Shown here in pieces: positions 9,355 to 16,058 of a stretch of 34,162 nucleotides of DNA. The notes beneath the pieces were generated by a model, which was not told where the DNA came from, ran no database searches, and worked only from the letters and a program-made list of their open reading frames with translations. Both the position numbers and the translations under genes were made by a program. Each line of letters opens with the position of its first letter. Position 1 is the stretch's first letter. The stretch is from assembly GCA_903842985.1 (NCBI GenBank), contig CAIMOB010000058.1, forward strand, positions 1 through 34,162, given 5' to 3'. The DNA is from an uncultured archaeon (GTDB taxonomy: Archaea > Nanobdellota > Nanobdellia > Woesearchaeales > CAIVOO01).

Positions 9355-11002
9355 ATTTGGACATGTAAGCCCCTTCTTTTTTATAGCCGAGCTTTTTGTA
9401 ATATTCCCTGACGCCGATGCCTGAGATAACTACAATTTTCTTTTTATCATTCAGGTAAGCCATTCTCTCTGCCATATCCAGCAGTTTTTTTCCTATTCCC
9501 TTGTGCTGCACAGCCCCCTCTTCCCCGATGCCTGCTGCAGAGCCATAGACATGCATCTCACGGATGAGTGCGGAATCTTTGGTTATTTCCTTTCTTAATG
9601 TTTGAGACGGGAATCTTAGCCTGCAGAAGCCGAGCAAAACATTATTTTCGGCTGAAATAAATAATTCTTCCCCGCCAGATGCCTTGTACCTGCAAACCTT
9701 GATTGCATAACTGTCAACTTTCTCGTTTCTTATCTCCCTGCATCTTATGCACCTGCATTTAACACCTGTGCTTTTGATTAGTTGCCTAAAATTATTCATT
9801 CCGACGCCTGCAGACGATATTTTTGTCGGGATGTCCCTCTGCACCCTCATGATTCTGCAGTACTCAGGCACTGTTTTCTTGAACTCAGTTATTATTTTTG
9901 CAGCCCTTTCTGTTGTAAGCGCCTTGTATTTCTTGTTTTTCCACAGGTCATAGAGTCTTGTACCCTTCATCACCATGCACGGATAGATTTTGAGCATATC
10001 TGGCTTGAAATTCTCGTCTGAGAAAAGCTTCTTCAATCCATCTAAATCCATTTTTTCGCTTGAGCCTGGAAGCCCAGGCATGTAGTGATAATTTATCTTG
10101 AAACCAAGGTCTTTTAGGGTTTTTGTTGCCTCGATTGTGGTTTTAACATCATGTCCTCTTTCAACTTTCTTAAGGACTTCATCAAAAACAGACTGGACTC
10201 CCAATTCGACTCTTGTGCAGCCGAAAGAAAGCATCTCATTTGCCAATTTTAGGTCTGCATAATCAGGCCTTGTCTCTATCGTCAGCCCAACGCATCTTAT
10301 TTTTGCCTTCTCGTTCTTTTTTTGCTCAGTTGCCAAGATGCACTTTCCTTTTAATTTCTTTAACCTGTCTTGTATCTTCTTTGTCCTTTCGCTGTCTCCC
10401 ACCTTGCCTGGAAGCTCGAAGAATTTCTTGAATTTCATGAAATCAAATTTTTCTTTTTTGTAGAAAAGCTTTGAGAAGTCATTCATTGCCTTAAATGAAT
10501 ATTTTATGAACTCGTTCTTGTAACTCTTCGGGAAGCTCGGGAATGTCCCGCCCATTACTATCAGTTCAACCTTTTCAGGGTTGTGACCCATCACAATATA
10601 CTGCTCTAATCTGTTGAAGACCTGTATGTAAGGGTCATAATTTGCACGGATTGCCCTCATTGTAGCAGGCTCATTCCCTGTGTAGCTCTGCGGAACAGTG
10701 CCAAACTCTGAATCGATTCCGCCGGGGCAGTATATGCATTTTCCGTGCGGGCATTTGAACGGCTTTGTCATTATCGCAACAACTGCAACGCCTGAGATTG
10801 TCCTGGTTGGCTTTGTCAATAATTTATTTTGAAGAAGCGGAAGGTCCTTGTTTTCAGCGTGCGTCAGTATCTCTATGTCTGTCGGAGTCTCCTTTATCTT
10901 GTACTTCTTGCAGAGCTCTGTCTTCAGATGATGGAGATTCTGCTTGTCCAGATTGCCTGATTTTATCTTTTCTATCAATTCGCTGAAAAATTCATCTTTC
11001 AT
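9347..11002 (-). CDS. elp3: tRNA uridine(34) carboxymethyltransferase Elp3 (radical SAM + GNAT)
   Basis: KP.RTISGVAVVA.M, CPHG.CIYCPGG, PQSYTG.EPA.MRA, ETRPD, KIYP, RVQRDIP, C.CIRCRE, REMHVYG, QHKG.G and VISGIGVR.YY. Confidence 0.97.
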   Translation of the reverse strand: MKDEFFSELIEKIKSGNLDKQNLHHLKTELCKKYKIKETPTDIEILTHAENKDLPLLQNKLLTKPTRTISGVAVVAIMTKPFKCPHGKCIYCPGGIDSEFGTVPQSYTGNEPATMRAIRANYDPYIQVFNRLEQYIVMGHNPEKVELIVMGGTFPSFPKSYKNEFIKYSFKAMNDFSKLFYKKEKFDFMKFKKFFELPGKVGDSERTKKIQDRLKKLKGKCILATEQKKNEKAKIRCVGLTIETRPDYADLKLANEMLSFGCTRVELGVQSVFDEVLKKVERGHDVKTTIEATKTLKDLGFKINYHYMPGLPGSSEKMDLDGLKKLFSDENFKPDMLKIYPCMVMKGTRLYDLWKNKKYKALTTERAAKIITEFKKTVPEYCRIMRVQRDIPTKISSAGVGMNNFRQLIKSTGVKCRCIRCREIRNEKVDSYAIKVCRYKASGGEELFISAENNVLLGFCRLRFPSQTLRKEITKDSALIREMHVYGSAAGIGEEGAVQHKGIGKKLLDMAERMAYLNDKKKIVVISGIGVREYYKKLGYKKEGAYMSKFI

Positions 11003-11033
11003 GGATGTTAATTATGCAGAAAAATTTATAAAA

Positions 11034-11417
11034 CTAGCACTTTTCAATTGTTTTCTTCAAAGAATTTTTACATGCAAACTGCCTGTTGTTCTTCTCTATT
11101 ACTGGCCTTATCTCAAGGTTTCCACCAAAATTGGTGTAATTTATCCTTTCAATCAGGATTCCGCCTTCCTTGACTGGCTTCAGCATTGTTATATTGTTCA
11201 CTATCAATCCGGCAATATCAATTCCGTTGTTTTCAACAGCAATTTTTATTGAAGTTGAATCATAGCAGGAATTTATGTTTTGAATCAGGTTAATCTTTAC
11301 ATCATTTATGCAGATAAGTTTCGCCTCTGCATTTGGAACATCGATGACTGTTCCAGCTGTTATGAATGAGCTGCATCCAGTCAGCAGCAATAAAATCAAC
11401 AAGCTAATCCTTTTCAT
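11034..11417 (-). CDS. Predicted lipoprotein, hypothetical
   Basis: MKRISLLILLLLTGC lipobox-type signal peptide; additional Cys residues. Confidence 0.7.
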   Translation of the reverse strand: MKRISLLILLLLTGCSSFITAGTVIDVPNAEAKLICINDVKINLIQNINSCYDSTSIKIAVENNGIDIAGLIVNNITMLKPVKEGGILIERINYTNFGGNLEIRPVIEKNNRQFACKNSLKKTIEKC

Positions 11418-11451
11418 TTTAACGAACCTCGTGAGTTAAAATGTCCGCAAA

Positions 11452-11781
11452 TCAGCGATTTGCGTCATTTTTTGACCTTGTCTTTCTCTTGACCTTCTCC
11501 ATGTCCCTGATGTGGCTCAGGAAGTATTGAAGGCAGTCCACAGCGCAGAAAGACGCCTTCTTTTTAAAACCTTCCGGTCCAAATATGAGTGTATATGAGG
11601 CGTCATACGGCTCGAGCTCTGCAAAGCAGGTTGTGCAGAACTTCGTGCTGTTGTCAAGCTCCTGCATCTTCTCCCAGATTATTTTCTTCACTTCCCTGCC
11701 TCCCATCCCTATCTCTTTCTCGAACTTTCTCAGTTCGTCGTAATTCCAGTTCTTGATTGCGTCTCTTAGTTTGTCTTTCAT
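11452..11781 (-). CDS. Hypothetical protein with CxxC...FCxxxC (TRASH/treble-clef-like) metal-binding motif
   Basis: FCTTC ... FCAVDC; start overlaps the stop of the upstream fibre gene (ATGA). Confidence 0.75.
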   Translation of the reverse strand: MKDKLRDAIKNWNYDELRKFEKEIGMGGREVKKIIWEKMQELDNSTKFCTTCFAELEPYDASYTLIFGPEGFKKKASFCAVDCLQYFLSHIRDMEKVKRKTRSKNDANR

Positions 11782-14624
11782 TGTGCTTCCAGCGCCTCCA
11801 CCCTCTGCTTCAGGGCGTTGTTTTCTGATTTTAATTCTTCAATCTGCTGCTGCTGTTCCTGAATTGCGCTGATTACCAGCGGGTCAAACGAGCCGTACTC
11901 CATCATGTAATAGCCGTCATCACCTTTTTTAACGAGAGTTGGGACTATGTCTTTGTTTTGCTGTGCAACAAAGCCCATCTGTGTTCCGTTAGGGAAGCTT
12001 CCCTTCTGTATAGATTCCTTCTTGTCAGCAGGCATGCTGTCGTCTATGTCTTTTGCTTGTTTCCATTCAAAAGTTACTGGCTTTAAAGCAAGGACTTTGT
12101 CAAGTGCGCTGTTCAATGGCTTGATGTTCTTTTTCAGTCTTTCATCTGAGTTACCTAACCAGCTACCTGCTGCGGATTTTGAAGCTTGCCCATTAACTTC
12201 AAGTGTATTAGTTGCTGGAATCATTCCGATGCCGACTTTGCCTGTGCTCGTCACTCGCATGCGCTCAGTTGGGCTGAGGCCGTATGGGGTTGTCATGAAA
12301 ACAAGCGCGCCAGCATAGTCGCCATTTGTGCTGCTCTCCTTTATTCCCTTAATGCTGGCAAAATTTGCCCGCGCCCCTGCGCTGTTGTATTTGCCAAGGA
12401 ATGATAAACCCGCACCAACACCAGCAGCGAATGGTGAGTCATCTGTCAGGTATAGAATGTGCCGCGCATCGCCATTGATGATTGGCATACCTTCTACATC
12501 TAATTTCACTCCGGGAGTCGTGCCAATACCTACTGAACCGTCAACAAGCACATCATGCTGTGTTTTTCCGCCGCTGCCGCCGCAGCAGCCTGACTTGAAA
12601 TACGTTGCCTGTTTTGCAGTGCCTGAGCCGGGTATCGCTTTTGGATATATTTCGAAAACGCCATCATATTGAGGAGATAAAGGGGAGCCTGATTGAAGAA
12701 CAACATCATAATAAGGATTGCCATTTCCTATTCTTACATCTCCTACAACACGAAGTTTTTTGTCTACGTTTTTGTCTGCGTCTTCTGTGCCGATGCCGAC
12801 GTTGCCGGCGCTTGTTAGCGTCATTACATTCACTCCATTACCTGTAACTCCATTACCTGTTTGACTTCCAAGCCTCAAATCAGTATTAGCCCAGGTATTA
12901 ACTCTTGCCGCAGATACAGAAGCGTAACCTGCACCGCCGCCTATCAAAACTGTTTCCGGATTGCTGGCTGTTGTACCCACCCAGAAATCAGCATTTCCAT
13001 TCACACTTAATTTTCTATCCGGGCTTGTTGTGCCGATGCCGACGCTGCCATCATTTCCAAGAAACAGAGGAACTTTTCCGCTGGTCATGTCGTTAAATAT
13101 CAATCCTGCTGCTGGAGAACTGTCGGTCTGGAAAAGCCAATTATCAGTTCCAGCATTAGTTGATTCTAAAAATATTCTTGCATAGCCTGCTTTTATGTGT
13201 AATGGCACAATTGGGTTCATTGTTCCAATGCCGACTCTGCCTGAGAGGTCTATGTTAAAAGCATATGGAATAGTTGGGTTAGCTGGCGAAATTGTGAAAG
13301 TATTGTATGGTGTCATTCCACTCCACCACTGCCTCGCTCCTGAGCCATACCATTCAATGTAATTCCAAGGATGAACGCCGTCAGTTTGGCGTAACACCAA
13401 TATATTGTCATTAGTAGAACTTATTTCCAAAGGACCTCCGGGACTAGTCGTGCCGATGCCGACGTTGCCATTTGTAGCTATCATTAGTGGAGTTGTTAAT
13501 GTATTTCCAATCCACCTTTCAAAGCTCAATGAGCCTGCAACCGTGTTCCAAGGAGCTACATCACTATTTGCTCTCATCATCCACATATTGTTCCCTGGAG
13601 ATGCCAAAGGCTTACCCGTAGTTGCAATCTTGATCCCGCTATTGAGTCCCGGTCCGGTAATTCCAAAATCACCATTCACTTCAAGCGTATTGCTGGGATT
13701 CGTTGTGCCGATGCCGACGTAGCCGTTATTGCTAAAGCTTGCAATAACATTCGATGATGGCGCACCTTTTAACAGCAGTTGGTTGTTTGTTGTATCCAGC
13801 GACCAGTAAAAGCGTTGTGTTCCGCCATTATCAAAATGTCTAATTTGCGTAAGGCTTGAGCCAGAATTGTATATGTCAATGCCTCCCCTTACATCCAGTG
13901 GCGCTCCAGGAGTTGTAGTTCCGATGCCTACATTACCTGTGTTTGTGTTGTGAATATCATTCGCATTATTGCCTGGCGCCCAGAAGCCTCCTCCGCCTGC
14001 TGTGCTCAGGCATTTATTTCCAACAGCTGTGCAAATGTCTCCTGTTGCGTTTATTCTGCCGGCGACTTCCAGCTTTGCTGTAGGATTCGTAACACCGATG
14101 CCGATGTTGCCTGAATCACCCCAAGTAAGAATTTCAGTTTTCACACCTAGATTGTCCATCCAGCCAAGCGATCCGCGGCGGTATGCGTTTCCCCCCATAT
14201 TGTGGTACTGCTGAAGCAGGATTGCAGGCCCGTTGGCTGTGCCAGTAATCCACCATGGATTGCCGTCGCCAGCTGCGTATCTAAATCCGCCACTTGTCTG
14301 GGCAATTCCGTTGACCAAAACCTTTGTTGGGGAATCGCCAAAACCAGTTAAATGAATGTTATTGCCTGAATTCGACTGTATCCACATGTCGCCAGGCATA
14401 TTTGTATCGCAGCCATCAGTTCCGCACTGCACAATCCTTGACTTAAAATTATCAATATTGAACCACAAATTGCTCTCTCCTGAATTTGTCCCTGGCTTTA
14501 TGCCTATGTCGCCTGTCATTGTTCCAGGCCCGACGCTGTCGGCAGAATGCCCTGGATTCGGGACGTCTGCAAATGCTGTAGCTAATGTCAGCAGCATCAG
14601 CAGTGCATAAATTATTTTTTTCAT
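11778..14624 (-). CDS. Secreted tail-fibre-like repeat protein with C-terminal peptidase S74 intramolecular chaperone (ICA) domain
   Basis: Signal peptide ending AFA-D; nine GxVGIG-type repeats; SDERLKKNI autocleavage motif (Ser826, ~12149), GFVAQ, LVISAIQE and a terminal coiled coil. Confidence 0.88.
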   Translation of the reverse strand: MKKIIYALLMLLTLATAFADVPNPGHSADSVGPGTMTGDIGIKPGTNSGESNLWFNIDNFKSRIVQCGTDGCDTNMPGDMWIQSNSGNNIHLTGFGDSPTKVLVNGIAQTSGGFRYAAGDGNPWWITGTANGPAILLQQYHNMGGNAYRRGSLGWMDNLGVKTEILTWGDSGNIGIGVTNPTAKLEVAGRINATGDICTAVGNKCLSTAGGGGFWAPGNNANDIHNTNTGNVGIGTTTPGAPLDVRGGIDIYNSGSSLTQIRHFDNGGTQRFYWSLDTTNNQLLLKGAPSSNVIASFSNNGYVGIGTTNPSNTLEVNGDFGITGPGLNSGIKIATTGKPLASPGNNMWMMRANSDVAPWNTVAGSLSFERWIGNTLTTPLMIATNGNVGIGTTSPGGPLEISSTNDNILVLRQTDGVHPWNYIEWYGSGARQWWSGMTPYNTFTISPANPTIPYAFNIDLSGRVGIGTMNPIVPLHIKAGYARIFLESTNAGTDNWLFQTDSSPAAGLIFNDMTSGKVPLFLGNDGSVGIGTTSPDRKLSVNGNADFWVGTTASNPETVLIGGGAGYASVSAARVNTWANTDLRLGSQTGNGVTGNGVNVMTLTSAGNVGIGTEDADKNVDKKLRVVGDVRIGNGNPYYDVVLQSGSPLSPQYDGVFEIYPKAIPGSGTAKQATYFKSGCCGGSGGKTQHDVLVDGSVGIGTTPGVKLDVEGMPIINGDARHILYLTDDSPFAAGVGAGLSFLGKYNSAGARANFASIKGIKESSTNGDYAGALVFMTTPYGLSPTERMRVTSTGKVGIGMIPATNTLEVNGQASKSAAGSWLGNSDERLKKNIKPLNSALDKVLALKPVTFEWKQAKDIDDSMPADKKESIQKGSFPNGTQMGFVAQQNKDIVPTLVKKGDDGYYMMEYGSFDPLVISAIQEQQQQIEELKSENNALKQRVEALEAQ
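14026..14088. repeat. 63-nt exact direct repeat, copy 1 (copy 2 at 18049-18111)
   Basis: GCTGTGCAAATGTC...GTAGGATTC is identical in both fibre genes; the wider blocks 14001-14111 and 18024-18134 differ at 5 positions by manual count. Confidence 0.9.
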
Positions 14625-15889
14625 CTTACGTCTATTTTATCATTAAGCTTCGGAGCATACGCCTTTATCCCGATGCTTTCTGCGTATTCTTTCAGCGCAG
14701 CTATTGCTGGCGGGTCGCCATGGTTCATAATAAGCGCCTTTGGATTTGCCTTCTTGATTAGATTCCTCAATCCCGTCATTCCTGCATGGGCTGAAAAGTC
14801 AAACTGCTTCACAAAGCTCTTCACCGTGACTCTCTGGTTGTCTAATTTGACATGCCTGTTGTTAATCAGGTTTCTTCCGTTTGAGCCCTCTGCCTGGTAG
14901 CCAGTCAATAATATTGCTGTGTCGGGGTCGAAATAGAAATGCTTCATGTATTCTATTACTGGTCCGCCGTCGAGCATCCCTGATGTTGTCATGAAGATTG
15001 CTCTTTCCTTCACTATGTTGGCTCTTTCCCTCATTCCGTGAACCTCTTTAATGCTGTGGAATGAATTTTTCAGCGCGCCTATGTCCCTGACTTCATCCGG
15101 ATAGTTGAACAAGTCCTTTGTAACCCTTCTTGCCATGCCGTCTATGTAAATAGGAAGCCCAAGCTTCTTTTTGTTCAATAAAAGCATCAGCTCCTGCGCC
15201 CTTCCGACTGCGAAAGCAGGCACGAGCACAGAGCCTTTCTCGAATTTCTCCCTGACTGTTGCGATAAAATCATCTTCTGTGCTCTTTCTGTCAGGATGGT
15301 CCCTGTCGCCGTAGGTTGAATCAATTATCAGGACGTCAACATCTTCCTCATAATCTGTGTCTGCCTTGTTTAACAGCAAAGTCGGATCTGTGTTTATGTC
15401 GCCTGTGTAGAGAATGTTCTTATTGTCTGCGTTAACCATCACAGATGCTGAGCCGGGAATATGCCCTGCATCATATAATTTGAATCTGATGTTATTGAAC
15501 TTGTACCATTCATTTAGTCCGTGGATTCTTATGCTCTGCGCAATCCTTCTTACGTCTGCCTTCTGGTAGACAACACGACTTTTCTTCAGCCTGTCTATTT
15601 CATACGAATCTATTAACAGCTCCTGCGTTATTGCCCTTGTCGCAGCTGTGCCTATTATTGGGCAGTTCAGCCCCAGATGGTCGAACATCGGAAGCATCCC
15701 TGAATGGTCCAGGTGTGCGTGAGAAATGAATGCGATGTCTATTCCCTTAAGATTCTCTATTGGCGTTGGATATTCAATGTCAGGAGAGATTTTTACGCCT
15801 GCATCAAAAAGGAAGCGAGTTCCTTTTGTGTTGACTTCAATACAAGACCTTCCTACTTCCTGCGCAGCTCCATGCATTATAAATTTCAT
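14621..15889 (-). CDS. Metallo-beta-lactamase/beta-CASP ribonuclease (aCPSF2/YSH1-like, no KH domains)
   Basis: GAAQEVGRSC, DAG, SHAHLDH, AGHIPGS, YTGD, DSTYG, PAFAVGRAQE, TSGML.GG, GYQ, FSAHA and NHGD. Confidence 0.92.
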   Translation of the reverse strand: MKFIMHGAAQEVGRSCIEVNTKGTRFLFDAGVKISPDIEYPTPIENLKGIDIAFISHAHLDHSGMLPMFDHLGLNCPIIGTAATRAITQELLIDSYEIDRLKKSRVVYQKADVRRIAQSIRIHGLNEWYKFNNIRFKLYDAGHIPGSASVMVNADNKNILYTGDINTDPTLLLNKADTDYEEDVDVLIIDSTYGDRDHPDRKSTEDDFIATVREKFEKGSVLVPAFAVGRAQELMLLLNKKKLGLPIYIDGMARRVTKDLFNYPDEVRDIGALKNSFHSIKEVHGMRERANIVKERAIFMTTSGMLDGGPVIEYMKHFYFDPDTAILLTGYQAEGSNGRNLINNRHVKLDNQRVTVKSFVKQFDFSAHAGMTGLRNLIKKANPKALIMNHGDPPAIAALKEYAESIGIKAYAPKLNDKIDVR

Positions 15890-16053
15890 TTCTTCATCAC
15901 CTCAAACTCTATGTACCATCTATTTTCTTTGCTGTCATACTTGAAGAGAACATTGTGCTTCTTGGATTTATCTAAAGCGAAGAGGAGAGGCATAGGTATC
16001 GTCGTCTCGAAGCTCGAGCCTCTTTTGTATAATTTTCGTTTGATTGTTGTCAT
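15886..16053 (-). CDS. Small AbrB/MazE/SpoVT-like swapped-hairpin DNA-binding protein (55 aa; not in ORF track)
   Basis: Manually translated: MTTIKRKLYKRGSSFETTIPMPLLFALDKSKKHNVLFKYDSKENRWYIEFEVMKK. RKL.K.GSS...TIP is the AbrB-like pattern; its TGA overlaps the ATG of the nuclease; it starts 5 nt after the fibre gene stop. Confidence 0.78.
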   Translation of the reverse strand: MTTIKRKLYKRGSSFETTIPMPLLFALDKSKKHNVLFKYDSKENRWYIEFEVMKK

Positions 16054-16058
16054 TTTAG

